A stretch of 64,000 nt of DNA from a virus (IMGVR_UViG_3300025018_000142:10353-74352); one strand, 5' to 3'. Positions 32,053 through 40,481 are shown, counted from the stretch's first letter. A program made the numbers and translations. Notes: generated by a model from the sequence alone, not told the origin.

Positions 32053-32367
32053 TCATTTTGTTTTCTCACCCTCCAAGCCCTGCAACTTACGCAATTCGGG
32101 GGTAATATATTCCCTAATAAAGTTTGCAATCTTTACCTTTTCCACATTCCCATCGAGAAAGTGCAAAACACTCATTATATCTTGGTCAAATTGCATAACA
32201 GCCTTCTGCTCAGCCTGTGCGATTAACTGCTCGATGTAGGCTAACAATTCTAGTTTCTCAAATCCAATATAGTCGTATGGCTTATCATCGGAGCCAAGTC
32301 TGATACCACTTTTTACAGCCATATTGTCTAATCCAGTTCTTTGTTCCTCATTCAGTTTATTCGCCAT
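32053..32367 (-). CDS. Hypothetical phage protein, copy 1
   Basis: 104 aa; second copy at 63721-64000. Confidence 0.7.
   Translation of the reverse strand: MANKLNEEQRTGLDNMAVKSGIRLGSDDKPYDYIGFEKLELLAYIEQLIAQAEQKAVMQFDQDIMSVLHFLDGNVEKVKIANFIREYITPELRKLQGLEGEKTK
32175..32320. repeat. Direct repeat, copy A (pairs with 63855-64000)
   Basis: 144/146 identical (differences at 32220 and 32221); 32222-32320 = 63902-64000 exactly; offset 31,680 bp. Confidence 0.95.
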
Positions 32368-32378
32368 GCTATTTGTAA

Positions 32379-33524
32379 TTATCTTAAAACCTCTTTAATA
32401 ACCTTGAACCGCTTTACTCGGACTTTTTCCCCATCACTTGGGATACAGACAAAATCAATCAGGTCAACCTCAACCTGTAGAGTCTTTTGCCCATACTGTC
32501 CTGCCAGCTCCTTTGTAGGACAGACACTTAGTCCGTTTCCGCATTCTTCCTGCACATGAAAATTGCAAAACTCCTCTTCGTATTGTTTGCCTATCTCATA
32601 AGTGTTCTCTCCAATTATAGGCGAAGTGCCGTCTTCGTTAACACCCTTGTACATAGTCAGTCTACCTTTGGATATTCTCAATGTGTATTTATCTATAAAC
32701 TGCCTCAGTGTTAGACCGTCAAACGGAGACGAGCTTAGGTTAGCATAGCTTAGGTCAGCAGAGCTTAGGTTAGCAGAGCGTAGGTTAGCAGAGCGTAGGT
32801 CGGCAGATTGTAGGTCAGCAAAGCGTAGGTTAGCAGAGCTTAGGTCAGCACAGCTTAGGTTAGCAGAGCTTAGGTTAGCAGAGCTTAGGTTAGCACAGCT
32901 TAGGTCAGCATAGCGTAGGTTAGCAGAGCTTAGGTCAGCATATTGTAGGTCAGCAAAGCTTAGGTTAGCGGAGCGTAGGTCAGCAGAGCTTAGGTCAGCA
33001 GAGCTTAGGTCAGCAGAGCTTAGGTCAGCAGAGCTTAGGTCAGCAGAGCTTAGGTCAGCAGAGCTTAGGTCAGCAGAGCTTAGGTCAGCACGCAGTACAT
33101 TTTCCAATAACTTACAAAAGTTATTGACACTCAAACCGCCAATACCTGTGCCAATACCTGTAAGAACTACTCGTGACTCGTTTCTTAAAAGCAAGAAGAC
33201 TAACGATAGAGAGCGCATTACACGCCATTCCTCTGCACATCTGTCTTTGCCTACCGAAACAACTGGAAACAAGTTATCGGCTTTGACACCCTCCTTCAAG
33301 TCTTTCCACTGGCTCTTAAACCTCTTGGCTAAAACACCATCAACACCACCACCAGCCAAAAACTCCGGGTTACTTGCAGTTACGAATATACCATCTCTCT
33401 CTTTTGAAATGTCCCCCACCCTTGCCTCCAATTCGTAATCCCATTTATTTGTTTTGTACTTCTCAAAGAGGGCTGACACCCTACGAACCAACTCTTCGTT
33501 TTTGTCTATAAATACAAGCTTCAT
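32379..33524 (-). CDS. Macrodomain - pentapeptide repeat - C-terminal domain fusion
   Basis: GDI, TASN..FLAGGGVD and TGIGTGIGG macrodomain motifs; 24 A(D/N)Lxx repeats; ~90-aa C-terminal domain (ECGNGLSVC...KVRVKRFKV). Confidence 0.8.
   Translation of the reverse strand: MKLVFIDKNEELVRRVSALFEKYKTNKWDYELEARVGDISKERDGIFVTASNPEFLAGGGVDGVLAKRFKSQWKDLKEGVKADNLFPVVSVGKDRCAEEWRVMRSLSLVFLLLRNESRVVLTGIGTGIGGLSVNNFCKLLENVLRADLSSADLSSADLSSADLSSADLSSADLSSADLSSADLRSANLSFADLQYADLSSANLRYADLSCANLSSANLSSANLSCADLSSANLRFADLQSADLRSANLRSANLSSADLSYANLSSSPFDGLTLRQFIDKYTLRISKGRLTMYKGVNEDGTSPIIGENTYEIGKQYEEEFCNFHVQEECGNGLSVCPTKELAGQYGQKTLQVEVDLIDFVCIPSDGEKVRVKRFKVIKEVLR
32731..33090. repeat. 15-bp tandem repeat encoding pentapeptides
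   Basis: 24 units of consensus GAGCTTAGGTCAGCA; 7 identical copies at 32986-33090. Confidence 0.95.
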
Positions 33525-33525
33525 G

Positions 33526-33663
33526 TTATTTGCTCTCCTTACAGATTTTAATTATTTCTGCACGAGCTTCTTCTAATGTTATCTCCCTAAGTGCAAATTT
33601 CAACAGTATTCTCTCTATCTCTATTTGCATAATTTTGTCGTTTAGTATCTGAATTTCGGTCAT
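33526..33663 (-). CDS. Small protein (45 aa, not in track)
   Basis: MTEIQILNDKIMQIEIERILLKFALREITLEEARAEIIKICKESK*, ending 1 nt before the macrodomain ATG. Confidence 0.5.
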   Translation of the reverse strand: MTEIQILNDKIMQIEIERILLKFALREITLEEARAEIIKICKESK

Positions 33664-33711
33664 GCTGTTTACCCCTTAATTTATGTAGCTCCGCCCCTTT
33701 CTTCAACTCCC

Positions 33712-34500
33712 CTAAACTTTAATAATGGCACTGATAGTTTTCAGTTTTGGAATTATTGTTGGTACTCCCAGCAATTCTCCACACCTTAATACACGCTCAG
33801 TCAGTGCAGTTTTATCCTCTTCTGGAACTTCGAAGCGCATGATGTTTATATTCTTGTAAAAGCCACAATCAACCAAATATGGAAGCTCATCGTCTTGTGC
33901 ATTGTTGATCCAAGCGAATTGAAACTGGGCTGCAGAATCTATATTACAGGCATAATCCCTAATTCCCTGAAGCTCGCTTAAGTATGGACAATATACAATT
34001 AACTCTGCAAACTTCGTCTGATCGAGAATAGAATTACTTACAATTTGCCAGTAGTATGTTTCGCCCTGTGCGTGTTTTTCTCGAATTTTATTCATTGCAT
34101 CCATGCCAGTCAATCCATCATAGAGAGGATCAACTAATTGACAAAAGCTCTTCATAGTCATTGGGCATTTAAACTCGACAACGGTTTTCCCTTCGTCAAA
34201 TTTGCTCCCGTCAGGACTTCCTGCCCAGAATGGAATAGTGGAATGCGTTAGTGTTTCTTGGCTCACAAGCTGATATTCTGTTCCAAGTAGGTCAAATATC
34301 CTCTGCTCCATAAGCTTGCCCCACGTTAGTGGTTTTGTTCGAGATTCGCTATCCAGTGAGCGCCCTAGTCTACGCTCCATTTTCTTTTCATCGATGTAGG
34401 TGTACGCAGGTGCGCCTAATCCGCCCACCTTATCTTTCTTCATCAACGCAGCGATATCTGAGCTTGTAAAGTTACCAATACGATTTTCATTGTGTATCAT
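33712..34500 (-). CDS. YqaJ / lambda-exonuclease-like recombination nuclease
   Basis: RIGNFTSS, WG..ME, GSPDG, EFKCP, YYWQ motifs. Confidence 0.8.
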   Translation of the reverse strand: MIHNENRIGNFTSSDIAALMKKDKVGGLGAPAYTYIDEKKMERRLGRSLDSESRTKPLTWGKLMEQRIFDLLGTEYQLVSQETLTHSTIPFWAGSPDGSKFDEGKTVVEFKCPMTMKSFCQLVDPLYDGLTGMDAMNKIREKHAQGETYYWQIVSNSILDQTKFAELIVYCPYLSELQGIRDYACNIDSAAQFQFAWINNAQDDELPYLVDCGFYKNINIMRFEVPEEDKTALTERVLRCGELLGVPTIIPKLKTISAIIKV

Positions 34501-34501
34501 A

Positions 34502-35401
34502 TTATTTGCCTTGAAGCAGTGATCTTAGTTTCGAGTAGCTTCTCTCTTCTTTTGTGTCAATAATACGCTGTGCGTTTTTCTGCTCTTCTGGTGTGCATGC
34601 TGATTTCTTCGCTTCGTAAAGCGCAGTTAAGTCTTCAATGAGGATTTTCTCGTTGCCACCTCGGAATGCGTTCTCGACTGTTGTATCACCATCCTTAATT
34701 GCTTGGTAGATTCCAAGGAGGCTTACCAAATCTTCTCGTGTTAGTTGTGAGATTGATGCTTTACCGACAGCGGTGAGTACTTCAGATTCCTTTACGCTGT
34801 AAGATTGCATAATTTCGTCTACGATTTTCTTTCGTCTTGCGACCAGCTTGGTTTCATCTGATACGTCTCCTGCGATTACATTGAGCGCAGTATTATAAAC
34901 TTTGTCTACAATTCCCCTCGGAATTACTGCCAATATAGCGTTCCTGAGTGCAATTGCATTGGCTGCATTACCCGTCACTGTGATCATATCGTCATTAAAT
35001 CGCCCCATCTTACCAACTATGGAGCGTTTAACCTCTACTTTTATGGCTAAATTGTTCTCTAAATCGAAGGCTACAGCCTGAGAAGTGATCTGCTTATCAT
35101 CAACGCCGACAACCTTTGCTTCGATTCTCATATTTCCCCAATTTTGTGCGAGAATTTTTGCGAGATGTACGCTCGGCCCACTGATACTCTTGCCACTTCT
35201 AGGCAAAGAATATGTACAAACTCGTGCTGTTGCTTCATCCATGGTCACTATTGCTAGTGCGTTCTCAGTTGCCCTCTTAATGTTACGTGGGTAAGCCTTT
35301 GCTGTTGATATCTGCATATCGATTGCAGCTTTATCTTGCTGGTAGATTGTCTCTAGAGAGGCATTTTCTACCGAAACCATCGTTTCATTGTCGTCTGGCA
35401 T
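34502..35401 (-). CDS. Putative ssDNA-annealing recombinase partner
   Basis: QISTAKAYPR...GPSVHLAKILAQNWGN family motif; directly upstream of the exonuclease (Red-like pairing is an inference). Confidence 0.5.
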   Translation of the reverse strand: MPDDNETMVSVENASLETIYQQDKAAIDMQISTAKAYPRNIKRATENALAIVTMDEATARVCTYSLPRSGKSISGPSVHLAKILAQNWGNMRIEAKVVGVDDKQITSQAVAFDLENNLAIKVEVKRSIVGKMGRFNDDMITVTGNAANAIALRNAILAVIPRGIVDKVYNTALNVIAGDVSDETKLVARRKKIVDEIMQSYSVKESEVLTAVGKASISQLTREDLVSLLGIYQAIKDGDTTVENAFRGGNEKILIEDLTALYEAKKSACTPEEQKNAQRIIDTKEERSYSKLRSLLQGK

Positions 35402-35430
35402 TGCTAAATATAATAAACTTAAGTATGAAC

Positions 35431-35459
35431 AGTTTACTACGGTGTGCCGTAGTTGTCAA
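35431..35459 (-). promoter_or_regulatory. Early promoter with palindromic spacer
   Basis: TTGACA (35459-54), 17 nt, TAAACT (35436-31); ACTACGG-tgtg-CCGTAGT inverted repeat spans the spacer. Confidence 0.65.
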
Positions 35460-35465
35460 GAGCGG

Positions 35466-35837
35466 CTATTCGATCACATATTCATATTTTACATAACCCA
35501 TCTTTTTGAATTTTACCGGTCGCAATGCCGAAATTGCTACATAGTATTGAGTACCCTCACCGTAGTGCGCTTCCCTGCATAGCTTCATAAACTTCATTGT
35601 AGATATTGAGTAAGATTCCTTCCTCGTGATATCCGTAAATCTAATGCTTCTTATAAGATCCTTGACATCATCCACCGCTTTCTTATCAATAGACACCTCA
35701 TGAGTCTGCCACAAGACAGCCCTACTAAAACCGAATTCTCTGTACAGAATTTTCCCGATAACTTTTCCACAAAAAAACTTCTTTATACCTGTTTTTCTGA
35801 CAATAGCAAAACTTCTATACAATCTTATATTTTTCAT
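35466..35837 (-). CDS. Hypothetical phage protein
   Basis: 123-aa basic ORF ending in ..HYGEGTQYYVAISAL. Confidence 0.65.
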   Translation of the reverse strand: MKNIRLYRSFAIVRKTGIKKFFCGKVIGKILYREFGFSRAVLWQTHEVSIDKKAVDDVKDLIRSIRFTDITRKESYSISTMKFMKLCREAHYGEGTQYYVAISALRPVKFKKMGYVKYEYVIE

Positions 35838-35859
35838 ATCTTTTTAATTCTCTTAAGTT

Positions 35860-36125
35860 ACCATGAGAGGGAGGCTTCGCACCTCCATAGGCCACTAATT
35901 GGATGCAAAACAATAAGCCATTACATTTCGCCACTATTGCCTTATTAATAGACAGCCTCAGGTTATTTCATTCCGTCTAGCGACTTCCTTTCGCTACTCT
36001 CACGCTTTGCACCGCATACCGTGCATGTTGTATTGCTCTGCATCTCTCGGCTACGAGCTTAACGCCAATACAATCACTGAGCTAAATAGCTCATAGCTGC
36101 GCAGGCACACTGCCCCAAGCGCCCA
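35860..36125 (-). ncRNA. Candidate structured non-coding RNA / long structured leader (unassigned)
   Basis: At least seven hairpins including an 8-bp stem (36028-35/36066-73), TAGCGA/TCGCTA, and a GGAGG/CCTCC stem with a GCGA tetraloop on the minus strand. Confidence 0.5.
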
Positions 36126-36145
36126 CGTAGAAGTGAACCGTCTAA

Positions 36146-36529
36146 TTACCTCCTAACTACCTTTACCGCCGGACAGCGTTTGCACGATTTTCTTATTAAT
36201 TTAGAATGCGAGTTAACCGACTGCTCTGCACTTACAACACTCCATTTGTGAACACCTTTTGCGCATAAGTTCTGGCCGTAATTATAAAGATATACTTGAA
36301 CTGCAATCTTAAGTTTTCTGAATGCTGCTTGTAGTGGTTTAGCAATAGCTTGTGCAGTTCTGCGCAGTGTGATCTTAAGAGCAATCTTTTGTCCTTCCTG
36401 TGTGCGCCATGCATCTGCGTACATTTCTGGCATTAGATTCGACATCTTATAGTACTCTCTAATCGCTTTTCGCCACTCAATATCATTACTTTTCATAATA
36501 AATCTATTTAAATAAGTTTCTAAATACAT
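36146..36529 (-). CDS. Hypothetical protein with C-terminal Zn-ribbon-like motif
   Basis: C...H.W ... CKRC pattern; true start uncertain. Confidence 0.55.
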   Translation of the reverse strand: MYLETYLNRFIMKSNDIEWRKAIREYYKMSNLMPEMYADAWRTQEGQKIALKITLRRTAQAIAKPLQAAFRKLKIAVQVYLYNYGQNLCAKGVHKWSVVSAEQSVNSHSKLIRKSCKRCPAVKVVRR

Positions 36530-36815
36530 AATTCAGGCATGAAAAGCAGAGACATACCGGAGCCTTCACTCTTCCGAACTGAATAGCTTTATCCACAAAC
36601 TGTCCACACTCGTGGCATTGAGGTCTTGTCCAAGTTACGTTGTTCAGTAACTTTTCAATATCGTCAGGATTTGGCTTATCACCAAGCTTAACCAGCTTAT
36701 TGTAAGTTGCTTCGGTATCCATTATCGCCTCAGCCCATTTTCCATCTTGGAAATATTGTGCATAGTACTTGTCTTTCACTAGCCGAGCCAATGAAAACTT
36801 TGTTATAATTTTCAT
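36504..36815 (-). CDS. Hypothetical Zn-finger protein
   Basis: CHECG ... CFSC. Confidence 0.6.
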   Translation of the reverse strand: MKIITKFSLARLVKDKYYAQYFQDGKWAEAIMDTEATYNKLVKLGDKPNPDDIEKLLNNVTWTRPQCHECGQFVDKAIQFGRVKAPVCLCFSCLNYVFRNLFK

Positions 36816-37879
36816 ACTACCTCCTTTCTATCTGCAGTCAACCATTGATTGCAGAAGTTGGTAATTGCTTCTTCAGCAGTTTTACCAGCACCAGATACGC
36901 CACTGTTATGCTTGGCCCAGAATACCCCTGTAGTTTCAACCGAAACCACTATTGAGTTTGCCCTCATTTCGTCAATTAACCGGTCATGCTCTTTACGTGC
37001 TTCTTCTTCTTTGACCTGTTGTTCTGCTCGTTGTTTTTGTAGCTCTAAATCCTTACGAACCTTCTCTACGGCAAGCTTGTGTTCCAAGTCAGCCTTCTCT
37101 TTTGAGGACTTTTCCTCTTGTAGTTTTCTAGCTTCCTCGGCAATTCGCTTCTGTTCGTCAAGCTCTTTCTGCGCTTTTTCGGCTTGTTCTTTTTGTTCTT
37201 TTTCGTGCTTTAATCTAGCTTCCTCAGCAGACTTTCGCTCCGCTTCTAGCTCCTTTTCTTTTGTCTCAGCTTCTTTTTGTAGTCGAATATTCTCTAGTCT
37301 GATACGCTCTCGCTCCTTTGCGTCTGCTTCTTCTTTAGCAATGCGCTCCTTCTCGATTCGAATTGATGCTTGTGTCTTGGACTCGAGGCCGACTATTATT
37401 GCATTGAAGGATTCGTCTGCCATTTCCAGCAAATCAAGTCCTTCACCTGTATGCGCATATACTGCAAGTTGCTTTAGACGATCTTCTTTACGAGCGCTTT
37501 TCCTGTTAGCTTCCTGAATTTCAATGAAATGCTCCTGTCTATCTAGGTGCTCTTCGATTGGAATAATTAATGCCTTCAATATATTAGCAATTCCTTCAAT
37601 TGCTTTTCCCTCTCGGGTTGATTGTTCTTTCAGTGCTACCCGAGTGTGTTCTACTTCGACTCGTTTCTGCTTTAGGAATAGCCTCGCTTCTCGAGCCATC
37701 TTCATTTCTGTGACCTGATCGGCGGAGGTTACATTCAGGTTCTTTGCTTTCTGTTCCCACTCTGCAGCGAGCTTAAAGAAGTTCGAGAAGTTGTCTAGCA
37801 TTACTTGCGCCTTAGATTTTTCGAGTCCACTCTCCTCAATAATTTTCGCTAATGGTGATATTTCTATTTTGTTGTCCAT
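36812..37879 (-). CDS. Long coiled-coil phage protein
   Basis: E/K/R/A-rich heptads over ~200 aa; ATG 37879 preferred over track start 37918. Confidence 0.7.
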   Translation of the reverse strand: MDNKIEISPLAKIIEESGLEKSKAQVMLDNFSNFFKLAAEWEQKAKNLNVTSADQVTEMKMAREARLFLKQKRVEVEHTRVALKEQSTREGKAIEGIANILKALIIPIEEHLDRQEHFIEIQEANRKSARKEDRLKQLAVYAHTGEGLDLLEMADESFNAIIVGLESKTQASIRIEKERIAKEEADAKERERIRLENIRLQKEAETKEKELEAERKSAEEARLKHEKEQKEQAEKAQKELDEQKRIAEEARKLQEEKSSKEKADLEHKLAVEKVRKDLELQKQRAEQQVKEEEARKEHDRLIDEMRANSIVVSVETTGVFWAKHNSGVSGAGKTAEEAITNFCNQWLTADRKEVV

Positions 37880-37883
37880 ATTT

Positions 37884-38066
37884 TCAATAAACAATATTAT
37901 TTTTATTTGCAGTATCAAAGTCGTTTCCCAATGGCCCAGATACTTCGTAGCGAATCGGATCCTTTGTTAGTGGTTCTGGCTGTTTCCATTGCCAGCTATT
38001 CACGCAGGTAATCAATAGTATTGCTAGAATTGAATAGATTAACCACCTAACAACAGTGTTATTCAT
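37884..38066 (-). CDS. Small membrane / lipoprotein-like protein
   Basis: MNNTVVRWLIYSILAILLITC: hydrophobic signal ending in Cys. Confidence 0.5.
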   Translation of the reverse strand: MNNTVVRWLIYSILAILLITCVNSWQWKQPEPLTKDPIRYEVSGPLGNDFDTANKNNIVY

Positions 38067-38374
38067 AATCCTCGAGCCTCCTGCTCCTCGTACCACCAGT
38101 TTTTCTTTGATTCGCCCAGTGCTTCACGAAGCCCGGCGTTTATTTCATCAAGCTTTTTGCTTAACTCTTTAATGATTACTTTTCGGTTATCAAATGTTAT
38201 AAAGAAGGGCATTGATACATCGTCAAGGAAGTACCCCTCGCCCTCGACTGTTAAAAGATTACATCCGACTTCTATTTTTCGGATTCCATACATTACCCAT
38301 GCGAATGTGTACCCTTCTGCGAGTGGTAAATCCAACTCACTTTCAAATCCTAAGATCTTTATTGGCTTGATCAT
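38063..38374 (-). CDS. Hypothetical protein, first gene after the early promoter
   Basis: 103-aa ORF ~28 nt downstream of the -10 box. Confidence 0.6.
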   Translation of the reverse strand: MIKPIKILGFESELDLPLAEGYTFAWVMYGIRKIEVGCNLLTVEGEGYFLDDVSMPFFITFDNRKVIIKELSKKLDEINAGLREALGESKKNWWYEEQEARGL

Positions 38375-38401
38375 AGTTCTGTATATCTAAATTAGTATTA
38401 G

Positions 38402-38430
38402 AATATACTACGGTATGCCATATATGTCAA
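38402..38430 (-). promoter_or_regulatory. Early promoter
   Basis: TTGACA (38430-25), 17 nt, TATATT (38407-02); spacer shares GGCAYACCGTAG with the promoter at 35431-59. Confidence 0.7.
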
Positions 38431-38462
38431 GTACACGAAACGTGCCCACAGTTCGGAGATTC

Positions 38463-38753
38463 TTAGAGGACAGTATTCGCCACTTTATTGTTTGGAAGTT
38501 GTTTTTTAATAAGTTCAGCAATGGTGATCAGAAAGAAATTGATACCACCAGTGACTTCAGGAACTCCTAACTTCACTCCAATCCACGAAGAAAGCGATGG
38601 TGTAACAAGGGCAGCGACTATTGCAGAAGGGATTATATAGACAATCAATATTTTCACGCCCTTTAATAACGTAGCCAATAGATCCTTAAACCACTTCAAA
38701 ACCATTAATTTGATTTCATCCCACAAGAGATCCGTTTCATTATTTGGTTCCAT
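38463..38753 (-). CDS. Putative holin
   Basis: Two or three hydrophobic segments, directly downstream of the amidase. Confidence 0.55.
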   Translation of the reverse strand: MEPNNETDLLWDEIKLMVLKWFKDLLATLLKGVKILIVYIIPSAIVAALVTPSLSSWIGVKLGVPEVTGGINFFLITIAELIKKQLPNNKVANTVL

Positions 38754-39615
38754 TCTTTCTGTTCTTTATATTACTAATTATCGCTAGTATACCATTTCCC
38801 AATTGTTTTGCCCATCCCGTCCATTTATCATAGGCATCAACTTTCAACTTAACACTCTTCAGAAAATCGATGAATTCAACATCATCCCCAGTGAATCCTA
38901 AAACGATTTTAGCCGAAGCGAACTTCCCCTCCAAATCAGAAATGATTAACTCCTTCTCGTTTTTGTAGGCATCGAATATATCCTGTAACTCCTTCAACTT
39001 CTCTGCATCCGTCTTTACTGGTGGAACTGGCGGAGGGGGTGGAACAACAACGGGAGGAACCAATAGATTCTCATACTTTGAACGATTATTGAACATATCC
39101 TTCAATATTGGCATTTGCGTTTGAATTTTGCCCGGACAAGCCGTTCCAGTCTGTGAAACTTCCTTATGTCCTCTAATCAATAAATTCCCACCCAATCTTT
39201 TATCCAAATAGATGAAACTATCGGTAATTAATAACAGCGCTTTTGGATCAATGGTCTTATACGAATAATCCCCACATATTTCAATATTAATCCCATGTTG
39301 ATTCACCGGCCAATTTCCAGCACCCCACGAAACATTCAATTCAGGATCACGAATTAATAAAACCAATCTCCACCCATACTTATTCTTATCCCCCGAATAT
39401 CGATGAAGCGCATAATGAGCTTGAGCAAAAGTTTCCTTTCCAGTCCTCGGATCATAATGGTACGAATGGGCATAATTCTTATATCCCCTTCCTTTCCCGA
39501 CTGAAGAATACCAATCAGCGACTTCCCGATCAGATCCTTCGCTAAACGCTGGCCCTGCAGAGTGATGAATTATCAAATAATTAATCGGATTTACCCTATT
39601 TCCATCATTTGCCAT
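38740..39615 (-). CDS. N-acetylmuramoyl-L-alanine amidase (Amidase_2-type endolysin)
   Basis: LIIHHSAG, AHY, GINIEICG, GHKEV..TACPG; Pro-rich linker. ATG 39615 lies 5 nt after TATAAT. Confidence 0.85.
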   Translation of the reverse strand: MANDGNRVNPINYLIIHHSAGPAFSEGSDREVADWYSSVGKGRGYKNYAHSYHYDPRTGKETFAQAHYALHRYSGDKNKYGWRLVLLIRDPELNVSWGAGNWPVNQHGINIEICGDYSYKTIDPKALLLITDSFIYLDKRLGGNLLIRGHKEVSQTGTACPGKIQTQMPILKDMFNNRSKYENLLVPPVVVPPPPPVPPVKTDAEKLKELQDIFDAYKNEKELIISDLEGKFASAKIVLGFTGDDVEFIDFLKSVKLKVDAYDKWTGWAKQLGNGILAIISNIKNRKNGTK

Positions 39616-39633
39616 AAACAATTATACAATAAA

Positions 39634-40305
39634 TTATTCTTCCTCATCCGAACTTTGCATCAGAACATCAGCATCCACCCATCCTTTCTTCTTCTTTCTC
39701 TCCCCTTCGACATGTTTATAAAACTTCAGGGCTTCAGATTCTACATTTTTCTGAATCTTCTTCCCCAAATCTTCTTCATTTCTCTTCTCAATTCCCTTTT
39801 CCTGATTAATTCTCTTAACAAAACTTGGAATCACAACGGGGATTTCTGTTTTCTCTTCTCTGTTTTCAGATTTCTTATTTCTTATTTCTTCTTTTAGCCT
39901 AGTCGGAAGGGAGTTGACAACTAGTTGACAACCAGTTGGCAAGTAATTACAAACTAATAATTGAATAGATTCTGGCAACCTCAATAATTCCATGATAAAT
40001 CCTTTTCTTTGATTCTCATTTTTAGATTCATCTTTCGCATAAAACTGATATTTGAAAACATTCACAATAAAAATATAATTATTCTGATATACTACCTTCC
40101 CCTCTAATTCTTTAATCACACGATCAAACTCTTCTTTCTTTATATCGAGAATGGCCATAACACTCCGATCCAATAATTCAAAAGTACCAGTTAACTCCAA
40201 TTTAGGATTAGTAATAAAGAACAGAAACATTCTTTGAGCATTGGCTGATAAAGAAACGAACCAAGAATCTTCCCATATCCTCGTTTGTACAACTCTTGTT
40301 TTCAT
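39634..40305 (-). CDS. Phage replication initiator-like protein
   Basis: N-terminal RVVQTRIWEDSWF..LS....MFLFFITN winged-helix-type pattern; internal iteron-like repeats followed by an AT-rich tract. Confidence 0.6.
   Translation of the reverse strand: MKTRVVQTRIWEDSWFVSLSANAQRMFLFFITNPKLELTGTFELLDRSVMAILDIKKEEFDRVIKELEGKVVYQNNYIFIVNVFKYQFYAKDESKNENQRKGFIMELLRLPESIQLLVCNYLPTGCQLVVNSLPTRLKEEIRNKKSENREEKTEIPVVIPSFVKRINQEKGIEKRNEEDLGKKIQKNVESEALKFYKHVEGERKKKKGWVDADVLMQSSDEEE
39912..39943. repeat. Iteron-like 11-bp-period repeats (putative origin)
   Basis: AGTTGACAAC at 39912 and 39923, AGTTGGCAAG at 39934. Confidence 0.55.
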
Positions 40306-40346
40306 ATTGTTCTGGCAGGTAAAATTATTTCTTCAAAAAGAATCAC

Positions 40347-40481
40347 AAGGGGGAACATTTACCAGTCAATCCCTACCAAAAAATTAACCAGTTATTCCCC
40401 CTTATCATTCCTTTTTATTCTGAAATCCTCTTGATTGGTAGGGACATGGCTAAATCTACCACTATGTGATACCATTGTCAA
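40347..40481 (-). promoter_or_regulatory. Promoter and pseudoknot-like 5' leader of the replication gene
   Basis: TTGACA (40481-76), 17 nt, TAGATT (40458-53); interleaved perfect inverted repeats 40370-79/40435-44 and 40347-55/40395-403. Confidence 0.55.

Noticed and set aside
32077-32320. Repeat pair 32.1-32.3 kb / 63.8-64.0 kb as DGR template/variable repeats
   Set aside because: Mismatches involve all four bases rather than adenines only, both copies are coding, and no reverse transcriptase is in the window.
32731-33090. Regular repeat array as CRISPR
   Set aside because: 15-bp units are head-to-tail with no spacers and encode in-frame pentapeptides; no cas genes.
36000-36030. Group II intron domain V look-alike (GGTATGCGGTGCAAAG on minus strand)
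   Set aside because: Lacks the catalytic AGC/CGC triad and the 34-nt DV pairing; no DVI and no RT.
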